Below, piece after piece: positions 53,073 to 62,746 of a stretch of DNA of 64,000 nt. The stretch is taken from assembly GCA_963809895.1 (NCBI GenBank), contig CAWELD010000003.1:96001-160000 (forward strand), written 5' to 3'. The number at the start of each line of letters is the position of its first letter. Position 1 is the stretch's first letter. Position numbers and translations under genes: made by a program. The stretch comes from an uncultured Gemmatimonadales bacterium. GTDB lineage: Bacteria; Gemmatimonadota; Gemmatimonadetes; Longimicrobiales; Gaopeijiaceae. The notes beneath the pieces are model-generated. The model made no database searches and was not told where the DNA came from. It saw only the letters and a list, made by a program, of their open reading frames with translations.

Positions 53073-54884
53073 TCAGTCCCCGACCGCCGGCTGTGCGGCG
53101 GACCCCTCGATCTCCTGTTCCAGCATCTGGCGATGAAGGAGCGTGGCGTACACCCCGTTCCGCGCCACCAGCTCCTCGTGCGTGCCCCGCTCCGCGATGC
53201 GGCCGTCGTCGAGCACCAGGATCTGATCCGCGTTCATGACCGCCGACACACGGTGGGAGATGATGAAGGACGTGCGCTCACTCATCACCCGCCGAAGATC
53301 CTCGAGGATGTGTGCCTCGGTCTGCGTATCCACCGCGCTCAGGGCATCGTCCAGGATGAGCACGCGCGGATCCCGCGCCACGGCCCGAGCCAGCGTGGCG
53401 CGCTGCTTCTGGCCGCCGGAGAGGTTGATCCCCCGCTCGCCGAGCACCGTCTGGTAGCGCTGCGGAAAGTCCTGGATCGAGTCGTGGAGCTGAGCGATGC
53501 GCGCGGCATCCTCCACGGTCCCCAGGGGCGCGTCGCCGGGATCGCGGTCGCCGTCCTCCTGCCCGAGCGTGGTGTCGGAAAGGCCCAGGGCGATGTTGCG
53601 GCCGATGGTCTCGGAGAAGAGGAAGGGATCCTGGGGGACCACACCCATGACACTCCGTAGCGCTTCGGGGTCGTACGAGGTCAGCGGCACGCCGTCCAGG
53701 AGCACCTCACCCCCGGTCGGGTCGAAGAGCCGGGGAATGAGCGACACCAACGTGCTCTTGCCCGACCCCGTGGCACCGACCAGCGCCACCGTCTGTCCCG
53801 GTCTCGCCACGAAGGACACGTCCCGGAGCACGTCGCGCTCGGTGCCCGGGTAGCGGAAGGAGACGTCGCGGAACTCGATTTCACCGCGCGCACCGTCCAC
53901 CGGCCGGGGATCCTCCGGGGACCGCACGGCGGGCTGCCGCTCCATGATCGCGTTGATGCGCCCCATCGACGCCGCACCGCGCTGGAAGAGGTTCACGACC
54001 CAGCCCAGGGCGATCATGGGCCAGATCAGGAGCGCCAGGTAGAAGAAGAACGCCACGTAGTCGCCGACCGTGATGGCGCCGGACATGACCTCCTGTCCCC
54101 CGAACCAGAGTACCACCACCATCCCACCACCGCTGATCAAGCCCAGCAGAGGGTGGAAGAGGCCCGCGGCCTTGACCAGGCGAACGTTGCGGTCCCGATA
54201 TTCGGCGTTGAGCTCGCGGAACTGACGTCCCTGCTCGTCCTCCTGCGTGTAGGCGCGCACGATGCGCATTCCCGTCAGGTTCTCCTGCACCATGGTGGAC
54301 AGGGTGGAGTACTGCTCCTGGATCTCCTCGAAGCGGCGGTGGATGATCTTGCCGAAGCCCAGGACCACCGGAGGAAGGATGAGCATGGGGACCAGGGCGT
54401 AGAGCGTGAGCCGGGGAGAGATCCACAGCATCAGCCCGAGCGCGAATACGAACCCCACCGCCGTGTTGACGGCGTACATGAGCGCGGGACCGGCGGCCTG
54501 ACGGACGGCGAGGGTGTCGTTGGTGGCCCGGCTCATCAGATCGCCGGTGCGCGTGGACCCGTAGAACGACACGTCCAGCCTCAGGAGGTGCCGGAAGAAG
54601 TCGTTCCGGAGGTCCACCTCCATGCGTCGGCTGATTCCGTTGAGCAGCTGGCGCATTCCGAAGCGTGCCGCGCCGCCCAGGACCGTGAATCCCACGATCA
54701 GGAGCGACAGCATTCCGATGCGCACCAGGTCGACGTCGGGGGTGCCGAGACCGTCGATGGCGAGCTTCACGAGCCAGGGGCCGGCGATGGTGAAGGCCTG
54801 GGCCACGGCCACCAGCACCAGACCCCAGATCAGACCCTTGCGGTAGGGGCGGTAGTACGGGAGGATGGCGCGAAGCTGGTTCAT
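53073..54884 (-). CDS. ABC exporter, fused permease and ATPase (MdlA-like)
   Basis: TGDLMSRATND, GATGSGKST, LSGGQKQR, LDDALSAVD. Start 54884 or 54893. Confidence 0.95.
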   Translation of the reverse strand: MNQLRAILPYYRPYRKGLIWGLVLVAVAQAFTIAGPWLVKLAIDGLGTPDVDLVRIGMLSLLIVGFTVLGGAARFGMRQLLNGISRRMEVDLRNDFFRHLLRLDVSFYGSTRTGDLMSRATNDTLAVRQAAGPALMYAVNTAVGFVFALGLMLWISPRLTLYALVPMLILPPVVLGFGKIIHRRFEEIQEQYSTLSTMVQENLTGMRIVRAYTQEDEQGRQFRELNAEYRDRNVRLVKAAGLFHPLLGLISGGGMVVVLWFGGQEVMSGAITVGDYVAFFFYLALLIWPMIALGWVVNLFQRGAASMGRINAIMERQPAVRSPEDPRPVDGARGEIEFRDVSFRYPGTERDVLRDVSFVARPGQTVALVGATGSGKSTLVSLIPRLFDPTGGEVLLDGVPLTSYDPEALRSVMGVVPQDPFLFSETIGRNIALGLSDTTLGQEDGDRDPGDAPLGTVEDAARIAQLHDSIQDFPQRYQTVLGERGINLSGGQKQRATLARAVARDPRVLILDDALSAVDTQTEAHILEDLRRVMSERTSFIISHRVSAVMNADQILVLDDGRIAERGTHEELVARNGVYATLLHRQMLEQEIEGSAAQPAVGD

Positions 54885-54954
54885 GGGGTCCATTCTTGTC
54901 CCGGGCTTCGGGAAAGTTCCGAGGGTGTCGGCGGCGCCCCCGGGACCCGGTCCT

Positions 54955-54980
54955 GCAACCTTCTGCCCGCCGGAATCGTC
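54955..54980 (+). promoter_or_regulatory. Putative ECF-type promoter GCAAC-N17-CGTC
   Basis: About 67 nt upstream of ATG 55048; same boxes and spacing as the motif at 11012. Confidence 0.55.
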
Positions 54981-55047
54981 TTGACGAACGTGGGCTCCTG
55001 CCGGAGGTTGGCGGCGGGGCGTCCGCTCGATCCTCCCTCGGGGAACC

Positions 55048-55728
55048 ATGTCCAGAATCACCGTCACAGCAGCGTTCCTCGTCGTGGCCGCGTTGGTCAC
55101 CTGGTCGGCGTTCCTCGTCGGTCCCCAGACGGGGATGGGTGCCCTGCTCATCAACCTGGGCACGGAGATCATCGGCATCGTGATCACCGTGGCCGTGGTG
55201 GAGTGGTTCTTCGAGCGTCGGCGGGCGCTGGAACGGGGACGGCAGGTGGCCTGGAGCGCGCTGCACGCCGTGGAGCACGTGGTGTGGGTCTGGCAGGGCG
55301 GTCCGCGTGAGGTCGATGCGGATCAGATCCTGGGCATCCTGGGCGCGGTCAAGGACGACGACCCGCTGCCGGACTTCACCCAGAACCTCCTCCTCGGACT
55401 GGGCACGCGCTCCAAGCACACGCTGCACAACGATCAGGCGGCGCTGGAGGCACTCCCCGGGCTGATGACGGCGTTCGAGGAGCTGGCCCGCCTGAACGCC
55501 ATTCGTGAGGGGGGACACGTGACCCCGCCGCGAAAGGTCGCCGATATCCTGGAGTTGGGGGTCAAGGGCGTGGCGCGGGTGCTGGGACAACCGGCGGAGC
55601 CCATGCCGGCGCGGTTGATCCGCTACGTGGACGCCGCCGAGGAGCAGCAGGAGCTCCGCTATTTCGGCGGGCGCGCAGACGAGAGCCACCCTCGCCGGCT
55701 GCAGCGCTCGACGGGAGAGCTGTTCTAG
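55048..55728 (+). CDS. Hypothetical membrane protein with two N-terminal TM helices
   Basis: LINLGTEIIGIVITVAVVE TM segment followed by a soluble domain. Confidence 0.8.
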   Translation: MSRITVTAAFLVVAALVTWSAFLVGPQTGMGALLINLGTEIIGIVITVAVVEWFFERRRALERGRQVAWSALHAVEHVVWVWQGGPREVDADQILGILGAVKDDDPLPDFTQNLLLGLGTRSKHTLHNDQAALEALPGLMTAFEELARLNAIREGGHVTPPRKVADILELGVKGVARVLGQPAEPMPARLIRYVDAAEEQQELRYFGGRADESHPRRLQRSTGELF

Positions 55729-55737
55729 CAGGTCGCG

Positions 55738-56481
55738 CTAGAGCCCCAGGAACGCCTGCATGGCCTCGCGTGACTCCGGCGACCGCAGGCGCTGGCCCAG
55801 CAGCCGGCTCTCCTTCTGGATGCGCTCACCCAGAGCATCGTCCAGACCCTCGCGCAGCAGCGCCCGGGTCAGGCGCAGCGCCTCGGGAGGCTTGGCCGCC
55901 AGCCTGGTCGCCACTTCGCGGGCCCGCTCCAGGACCTCGTCGTCGGGATGGACCCGGTTGACGATACCGTAGCGTGCGGCCGTGGCGGCGTCGAAGGGAT
56001 CCCCCAGCAGAAGGAGCTCGGCCGCGCGCCTGCTGCCCACCAGGAGGGGGAGGAGCAGGCTGGAACCCGCCTCGGGCACGAGCCCCAGATCGACGAAGGG
56101 AAGACGCAGCACCGCGCTCTCGGCGGCGTAGACCAGGTCGCAGTGCAGGAGCATGGTGGTGCCGATGCCCACCGCCGGTCCGTTCACCGCGGCCACCAGG
56201 GGTGTGCGACACCCGCTCAGGGCCTCGAGGAACCGATGAACGGGCGCTCCGGGGTCCAGCGGTGGGTCGTCCAGGAAGTCACGCAGGTCGTTCCCCGCCG
56301 TGAAGCAGTCCGCGGTGCCGGTGAGCAGCAGGGCCCGGACGTCGTCACGCTCGTCGGCCTCCACGAGAGCCTCGGCCAGCGAGGCGTACATGGCCTGGGT
56401 CAGGGCGTTCTTCTTGTCCGGCCGGTTCATGCGGATCGTCATGACGCCGCTCCGGACGTCGACCTGCACGGTGTCGGTCAT
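55738..56481 (-). CDS. Enoyl-CoA hydratase/isomerase (crotonase) family
   Basis: NRPDKKNAL, FTAGNDL, GPAVGIG, LGLVPEAGSS; GGAGGAG RBS. Confidence 0.93.
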   Translation of the reverse strand: MTDTVQVDVRSGVMTIRMNRPDKKNALTQAMYASLAEALVEADERDDVRALLLTGTADCFTAGNDLRDFLDDPPLDPGAPVHRFLEALSGCRTPLVAAVNGPAVGIGTTMLLHCDLVYAAESAVLRLPFVDLGLVPEAGSSLLLPLLVGSRRAAELLLLGDPFDAATAARYGIVNRVHPDDEVLERAREVATRLAAKPPEALRLTRALLREGLDDALGERIQKESRLLGQRLRSPESREAMQAFLGL

Positions 56482-56503
56482 GGTGCTCCTCCCTGGATGG
56501 TCG

Positions 56504-57742
56504 TCATGGTGTCGACCCCAGGGCGCGCTCCACGCTCGCGATCCAGCGGGCGCGCTCGTGGGGGTCGGTGAAGAGAAAGCGCAGGCGGTCGCCCTCGGAG
56601 CCAGGGCAGACCACCGCCCGGGTGGTGGCGCCGCCGTCCAACTCCAGGTGGAGTGGCGCGGGCCCGGTGACCACCTCGCGGTCCCGGGGCCATGCGACGC
56701 CGGCGCCGTGATGGCCCAGGTCGCGCACGGCGACGCGGAAGCGTTCTCCCGCCGGATCCTCGATCCACATGTCGATCCCCTGGACGTCGCCTCGAGCACA
56801 GACGCGTCGGTCACGGCACGCGGCGAAGCCCTCGTCTCCGTACTGGAACCAGGGCAGGTCGTCGAGGGGACGTTCGCTCAGGAACCGCTCGTAGAGTTCG
56901 AGGACGCGCTGGGGCCGCTCGACGTTCGCCAGATGATCGCCCCCCGCGAGCACGCCGAATTGCACGTCGGCGCATCCCCTCGCCACCTCCGCGGCCTGGA
57001 ACGGGGGCATGAAGTGGTCGTGCTTGCATCCGAACACGAGCGCGGGGCAGCGAGGCGTGCCGGACAGCTCCTCGCTGAAGAGCCGCGAGGAATTGGTCCA
57101 CCAGCGGTCGTGGGCCTCCATGGGGAGTCCCATGAGACTCTCGTGGAAGCGCTGGAGAAGCCGGTCTTCGACGCCGGTCTGCTCGCACGCCTCCAGGTTG
57201 ATCAGGTGGAGGACACAACTCCACGCCCACGCCTCGTGCTCACCCTGCTCGTCGATCCAGCGGGCCGCGTGCAGGATGGCGCGCAGGCTCGGCTGGAGCT
57301 TCGGCGCGGTTCCGCCCAGGATCAGCCGGTGGACGCGCTCCGGGAAGCCCACCGCGATGCGATGCGCGATGCCCGAGCCGTACGAGAGGCCCACCGGGGT
57401 GACCCGCTCGATACCGTGGTGATCCATGAAATCCCGGACGAGCGCGGCGAAGTCGCTGAACCCCATCCCCTCCGACGGATGCAGGTTCAGCCCCTGCCCC
57501 GGGAGGTCCACGAGAATGACCGGCCACCGCCGCGTGAGCCGCTCCACGTCGTGGCGGAACGACCAGAAGGTCTGAAACGCACCACCCACCAGGAGCACAG
57601 GGTCGCCGGTCAGGCCGTCGGGACCGTCGAAGCACAGGTACTGCACGCGCGACGCTCCGAGCCGGGTGACGTGCCCCGGACCCTTCAGTGGCTCGCGGCT
57701 GAACTCGCGTTCACGCACGAGGGTGGCCTCGGGATCGCTCAT
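56504..57742 (-). CDS. Alpha/beta hydrolase with a C-terminal PilZ-like domain
   Basis: VGGAFQ, VDLPGQG, GLSYG nucleophile elbow, GDH; C-terminal RVCAR...DLGHHG. Confidence 0.8.
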   Translation of the reverse strand: MSDPEATLVREREFSREPLKGPGHVTRLGASRVQYLCFDGPDGLTGDPVLLVGGAFQTFWSFRHDVERLTRRWPVILVDLPGQGLNLHPSEGMGFSDFAALVRDFMDHHGIERVTPVGLSYGSGIAHRIAVGFPERVHRLILGGTAPKLQPSLRAILHAARWIDEQGEHEAWAWSCVLHLINLEACEQTGVEDRLLQRFHESLMGLPMEAHDRWWTNSSRLFSEELSGTPRCPALVFGCKHDHFMPPFQAAEVARGCADVQFGVLAGGDHLANVERPQRVLELYERFLSERPLDDLPWFQYGDEGFAACRDRRVCARGDVQGIDMWIEDPAGERFRVAVRDLGHHGAGVAWPRDREVVTGPAPLHLELDGGATTRAVVCPGSEGDRLRFLFTDPHERARWIASVERALGSTP

Positions 57743-57915
57743 GGTGACTCCGTCATGGAGGGTCGGACGCTGGTGGTCGGGCGCCGGCGTGGCTCGGGGC
57801 ATGGGTCGGCCAGGTGGCCGCGCGCCGTGCTCCCGGGCATCTTGACGAGCATGGGGTGGTGCCGTCGAGGGGCACCGCCGCGTTCGCGGGACACCGCCCA
57901 CAGGAGGCGCGGCCG

Positions 57916-58401
57916 ATGGTGGAGATTCGATTCGATGACGTTGAGGCGCTCCGGGCCAGGATCGCCGACGAGTTCGGAGCCTTCGGGGAGACCATGGAGG
58001 TCACGCAGGAGCTGATCGACGGCTTTGCCGAGCTGACCGGAGACGATCAGTGGATTCACGTGGATCCCGAGCGCTGCCGCGAAGAGAGTCCGTTCGGCAC
58101 CACCATCGCGCACGGCTTCCTGCTGGTGTCGCTGCTGACGGTCCTCACCACCTCCATCGACCGGGGCTTCCGCGTCGTCGAGGCCGGAAACGTCATCAAC
58201 TACGGCTGCGATGGGTTCCGCTTCCTGGCGCCGGTGCCCGCGGGCTCGCGGATCCACGCGCGTCAGAGGCTCACCGCGGTGGAGCCGGCGGGCCGTGGGA
58301 CCCGGGTCACGTCGGACATCGCGGTGCACGTCGTGGGTCGCGAGCGTCCCGCCCTGGTGTACACGGCCGTCACCCTGTTCCAGCCTCCCCCTTCGGGCTG
58401 A
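57916..58401 (+). CDS. MaoC-family dehydratase
   Basis: FAELTGDDQWIHVDP, TIAHGFL, NYGCDGFRFLAPV; AGGAGG RBS. Confidence 0.93.
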   Translation: MVEIRFDDVEALRARIADEFGAFGETMEVTQELIDGFAELTGDDQWIHVDPERCREESPFGTTIAHGFLLVSLLTVLTTSIDRGFRVVEAGNVINYGCDGFRFLAPVPAGSRIHARQRLTAVEPAGRGTRVTSDIAVHVVGRERPALVYTAVTLFQPPPSG

Positions 58402-58413
58402 CCGGTTCACGGG

Positions 58414-58941
58414 CTACTCCTCGTCGGCGAAGCGGATCTCGTTCTGCCTCACGCGGTCGTGGAACCGCTCCCGATCCAGCTCCCGGGGGCGGCCGGAGGG
58501 GTCGAAGGGCTCCTTGAAGTCGAAGGCGAAGGGCGACGGTCCCCGCTCGTGGAGGGTCTGGATCCGCCGGCACGCCTCCCCCGGTGTCGGCACGTGCTCG
58601 TCGTCGACCCACCAGGCGGCGTAGCTGGGCCAATCACCCTCCTGTGCCCACTGGCGGCGCTTCTTGAAGGCCTCCATGTGGGCTCCGCGGTAGGCGAAGG
58701 CGCACACCGACTCCAGGTCGGTCCAGAGCGAGAGCGTCGTCTGCGCGAGGCGCTTGTCCCACCCCGCGAAGAACTCCGGCCACGCCCGGGGGCCCCACGA
58801 CCCGTCGTCGGTCGCGAGGAAGCCCGCGGAGCCGCCCGCCCGCGCGAACACCTTCTCCACCCGCTCGAAGAACCCCTGCACCCGGGGATCGCCCTCGGGC
58901 TCGTGCAGGACGCCGAATGTGTAAAAAGCCAGACGTGGAAT
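58414..58941 (-). CDS. DUF3291-family protein, probable ATT start
   Basis: TLSLWTDLESVCAFAYRGAHMEAFKKRRQW, AWWV, GPSPFAF; frame extends upstream to ATT 58941 behind GGAGGT. Confidence 0.82.
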   Translation of the reverse strand: MPRLAFYTFGVLHEPEGDPRVQGFFERVEKVFARAGGSAGFLATDDGSWGPRAWPEFFAGWDKRLAQTTLSLWTDLESVCAFAYRGAHMEAFKKRRQWAQEGDWPSYAAWWVDDEHVPTPGEACRRIQTLHERGPSPFAFDFKEPFDPSGRPRELDRERFHDRVRQNEIRFADEE

Positions 58942-59174
58942 GTGGACACCTCCGCTCTCGGACCCGGGGATTCACTGCCGACGGCCTCGAGCCTCACCCA
59001 CGAGGGTGGGCGCCCACTCTAACGTCGTGTTGCCCCGCGACCCGCCATCCCAGATGTTCACGGCGTCGGCGGGCGGCGGGGCGACAGCCGACCGCCGCGA
59101 CTGTGTAGTGGCGCCGTGGTGCACCGGCACGTTCGCGCCGACTACACCAGTTCCGAGCGAGGCGCGAGGGGGAC

Positions 59175-61895
59175 ATGAGCGACGGCAGCAGGTGGCGCAG
59201 GCACCGGCGACCGCTGGTCCGGTTGGGGCATGGCCTCGCGCTGGGGGCCGTGGCCGCGGTGCTGCTCCTGGCCGTGCGTGACAGCGAGCCGCTACGCCTC
59301 CTGGAGGCTCGCACCTTCGATGTCAGGGCCCGCTGGGCGGCCGAGCCTGCACGGGCAGACACGGGAATCGTGTTCGTGGACATCGATCCGGCCAGCCTCC
59401 AGGCCTACCGTGAGAGCCTGGGCCGGTGGCCGTGGCCGCGCGATGCCCACGCGGCCATCGTCCAGTACCTGTCGGCCGCCGGGGCCCGCCTGATCGTGTT
59501 CGACGTCATGTTTCCCGAGGCCGACGTCGGGGATCCCGAGGCGGACACGATCTTCGCCGAGGCGTTGAGCGCCAGCGGACGCGTGATCCTCCCCCTTCTC
59601 TTCGGCCGTGCGCAGACCGCGGAGCGAGGCGCCGGGGACACCGGGGTCGGCGCCTTCCAGAGCATGGAGGCTCCGCATCCGCTGTTCCGGAGCGAGGCCC
59701 TGGACCTGGGGAGCGTGAACCTCAACGCCGATCCGGACGGGGTGGTCCGCTCGGATCGGCTCGTCTACGCCTACGACGGGCGCCTCTATCCGTCGCTGGC
59801 CCTGGCCGCGGCCCGGCAGCTCGCTCCGGAGCGTTTCGGGGGCACGCCGAACGTGCAGTCCGGAGAGGTCCGCCTCGCCGGTGAGCGCGTGCCGGTGACG
59901 GAGGGTCGCATGGTGTTGCGCTGGCGGGGGCCCTATCTGGAGGGGGGGACCTCCACCTACCCGATCTACCCGGCCTTCCGCATCCTGAACAGCGCCGCGC
60001 AGGTGCGGGTCGGGGCCCCGCCCGACGTGCCCATGGCGGCGCTGCGCGGCAAGGTCGTGTTCGTGGGCGTGACCGCGGCGGGCACCGAGGAGTTCGATGC
60101 CCGGCCCAACCCGATGCGGGCCTTCGACCCGGGGGTGCTCGTGCACGCCACCGCCCTGGACGACCTCCTGCAGGGGGACTGGATCGAGCGCGCGCCGTGG
60201 TGGGCCGACGGTGTCACCGTGGCCGCTGCCGCCCTCGGGGTGGGTGGGCTGACTGCGCTGGGCACTCCCTGGCTGGCGGCGGCGGCCTCCGTGGTCGTCC
60301 TCACGCTGGTGGCGGCGGGGGCGTTCGTGGCCTTCGCCGGCGGTTGGTGGGTCGGGTTGGCCGCGCCGCTGGTGGCGGGGGGCCTGACGCTGCTGGCCGG
60401 CCTGACCGTGAGCTGGGCCACGGAGGGCCGGGAAAAGCGGCGCGTACGAGACCTCTTCAGCCGGTACGTGAGCCCCGAGTACGTGCGCCGCTTGACGGAC
60501 GATGTGGAGAATCTGCGTTTGGGAGGACAGAGACGGGAGCTCACGCTCCTGTTCAGCGACATCCGGGGCTTCACGAGCCTGTCGGAGCGGCTCCCGGCCG
60601 AAGAGGTCATCGGCGTGCTGAACGAATACCTGGACCGGATGACGGCCGTGGTGTTCGAGCACGGCGGGACGCTGGACAAGTTCATCGGAGATGCCGTGAT
60701 GGCGTTCTGGGGCGCGCCGGTACCCGAGCCGCGCCAGGCCACGCGCGCCGTGGAGGCTGCCCTGCACATGCTCGAGGAGACGGCGACGCTGAACCGCCAG
60801 TGGCGGGAGCGCGGCGTGCCGGTGGAGTTGGAGATCGGCATAGGCGTGCACACCGGCGAGGCCGTGGTGGGCAACGTGGGCTCGTTGGCCCGCAAGCTCG
60901 ACTACACCGCCATCGGCGACGCCGTGAACCTGGCCAGCCGTCTGGAGTCCCTGAACAAGGAGCTGGGCACCCACGTGATCGTGAGCGAATCCACACGCAT
61001 CGCCGTCGAGGGCGACTACGACTTCCGTGCCCTCGACGAGGTGCGGGTGCGGGGGAAGGAGAAGCCCGTGAAGATCTACGAGCTGCGAGGCCCGGGGCAG
61101 GGCTCGCCGACGCGTCGGCCGTCGGCCCCGTCGACGTTGGCTCTGGTGGCGACGCTGCTCGGCCTCCTGGCTCCGACGCCGGGGGCGGCCCAACAGAAAG
61201 CCCGTTGGACCGACCTCTACTACCGGCCCGGCGCCTGGAACGGCGCCCAGCTCACGGGTCACCGGACGACGAACCGCGACACCGACACCCTGGCCCTGGC
61301 GGCACTGGTCGAGGTCTACTCGGCGCCGCCGCGCTGGCGGGCCGAGGTGGTCCGGGTGCGGAGCGCCACCACGCTGGACAGCGAGCCGCTGGTGCTGGTG
61401 ATGGACGGCTCCCAGGTCCAGGTGCTCACGGGCATGGGGTCCACGCCGCTGTCGGAGCACGCGGCGGGTGACGACTCGCTGGTCGCGGCGGTGGTGTCCC
61501 AGATCCGGTCCAGCGGCGGACGCGTGGACACGACACCCGGCACCAGGCGACTCGTGGACGCCGCCCCGTCCGGCGTCGTGCAGTGGGTCGTTCTGCGGCG
61601 GCCGGCGGCCCGGGCGGAGTTCGCCGACGCCCTTCTGGACACCGGCACGGGGGGGCGTCTGGGGCGGCGGCTGGCCCAGCTCGGCGTCCAGGCCGCCGGC
61701 GGGGAGCGCCGCTCGGAGGTGGTCGCCAGCGCCGGTGCCCGGGGCGTGGTCACCGTGCGCACCGTGGACGGCGAGATCACGGTCACACCCGACACCGCCG
61801 CCATCCGTGGGCTGGAGCAGGTGCGGATCGGCATCCTCGACCTCGAGCGCTTCTGGCGAGAGGGTGGGTTGCTGGGCAACGGAGGTGGACGGTGA
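59175..61895 (+). CDS. CHASE2-domain class III adenylate cyclase with an extra C-terminal exported domain
   Basis: CHASE2 motifs (VFVDID, GRWPWPR, FDVMF, DPDGVVR, PGVLVHA), three TM helices, LFSDIRGFT, DKFIGDAVM, YTAIGDAVNLASRLE, RGKEKPV. Confidence 0.93.
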   Translation: MSDGSRWRRHRRPLVRLGHGLALGAVAAVLLLAVRDSEPLRLLEARTFDVRARWAAEPARADTGIVFVDIDPASLQAYRESLGRWPWPRDAHAAIVQYLSAAGARLIVFDVMFPEADVGDPEADTIFAEALSASGRVILPLLFGRAQTAERGAGDTGVGAFQSMEAPHPLFRSEALDLGSVNLNADPDGVVRSDRLVYAYDGRLYPSLALAAARQLAPERFGGTPNVQSGEVRLAGERVPVTEGRMVLRWRGPYLEGGTSTYPIYPAFRILNSAAQVRVGAPPDVPMAALRGKVVFVGVTAAGTEEFDARPNPMRAFDPGVLVHATALDDLLQGDWIERAPWWADGVTVAAAALGVGGLTALGTPWLAAAASVVVLTLVAAGAFVAFAGGWWVGLAAPLVAGGLTLLAGLTVSWATEGREKRRVRDLFSRYVSPEYVRRLTDDVENLRLGGQRRELTLLFSDIRGFTSLSERLPAEEVIGVLNEYLDRMTAVVFEHGGTLDKFIGDAVMAFWGAPVPEPRQATRAVEAALHMLEETATLNRQWRERGVPVELEIGIGVHTGEAVVGNVGSLARKLDYTAIGDAVNLASRLESLNKELGTHVIVSESTRIAVEGDYDFRALDEVRVRGKEKPVKIYELRGPGQGSPTRRPSAPSTLALVATLLGLLAPTPGAAQQKARWTDLYYRPGAWNGAQLTGHRTTNRDTDTLALAALVEVYSAPPRWRAEVVRVRSATTLDSEPLVLVMDGSQVQVLTGMGSTPLSEHAAGDDSLVAAVVSQIRSSGGRVDTTPGTRRLVDAAPSGVVQWVVLRRPAARAEFADALLDTGTGGRLGRRLAQLGVQAAGGERRSEVVASAGARGVVTVRTVDGEITVTPDTAAIRGLEQVRIGILDLERFWREGGLLGNGGGR

Positions 61896-62746
61896 GCGCG
61901 CGGTCCAGGGTCGGGTGCGGTCGAGGGGTCGCCCTGCTGGTTCTGACGCTGGCGCCTGCGGTGGTGACGGCTTGCACGGCCGCCGTACCCGGAAACCTGC
62001 AGGGGCTGGCGCGTATCGGACGATCCGCTCTGCCCATCGGCCCCGAGAAGGAGCAGGAGATCGGCTTCGGTATCGCCGCGACGGTGGCGGGCCGCTACGC
62101 CCTCGTCCAGGACGCGGCGCTCACCCGTTACGTGAACCTGGTCGGGCAGACCGTGGCTTCGCAGTCCACCCGTCAGGAGGAGGTGGCGTTCCACTTCGGC
62201 GTGCTGGACACCGACGAGGTGAACGCGTTCGCGGCGCCCGGGGGCTACATCCTGGTGACTCGCGGGGCGCTCGCCCGCATGACCTCCGAGGCGGAGCTCG
62301 CCGGCGTCCTGGCCCACGAGGTCGCCCACGTCGACGAGCGCCACGTGCTCGACGACATCCGCCGTTCCTCGGTGGCGGCCGAGGTTCAGGACGAGGCGGC
62401 TCTGTCGGGGCCGATCCTGGACCGGCTGGGAGCGCTGGGCACCACCATGCTCTTCACCGGCCTGAGCCGCGAGGACGAGATGGAGGCCGACTCCATCGGC
62501 ATGCTGTACGCGGCAGCCAGCGGGTACAGCCCCGACGGTCTGGTCCGGTTCCTCGAGCGGTTGGGTCCGGCCGGCGACACTGGAAGCACGCTCCGTGCCT
62601 GGGCGGCCACCCATCCCTCCGAGGCCGAGCGCGTCGCCGCGTTGACGCGTCAGATGGCCGCGGAGGACCTCGACGCTCGTTCGGGCCAGGTGCTGGCTGA
62701 GCGCTTCCGGGCGGCCATCGCCGAGGCGGGATCCCCCGTGCCATGA
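61892..62746 (+). CDS. M48-family zinc metalloprotease, lipoprotein
   Basis: Lipobox [32 protein letters not shown] overlap. Confidence 0.92.
   Translation: MSARSRVGCGRGVALLVLTLAPAVVTACTAAVPGNLQGLARIGRSALPIGPEKEQEIGFGIAATVAGRYALVQDAALTRYVNLVGQTVASQSTRQEEVAFHFGVLDTDEVNAFAAPGGYILVTRGALARMTSEAELAGVLAHEVAHVDERHVLDDIRRSSVAAEVQDEAALSGPILDRLGALGTTMLFTGLSREDEMEADSIGMLYAAASGYSPDGLVRFLERLGPAGDTGSTLRAWAATHPSEAERVAALTRQMAAEDLDARSGQVLAERFRAAIAEAGSPVP

Noticed and set aside
57798..57812. sigma54-like TGGC...TGC on the minus strand upstream of the hydrolase
   Set aside because: GG-to-GC spacing is 9 nt, not the required 10.
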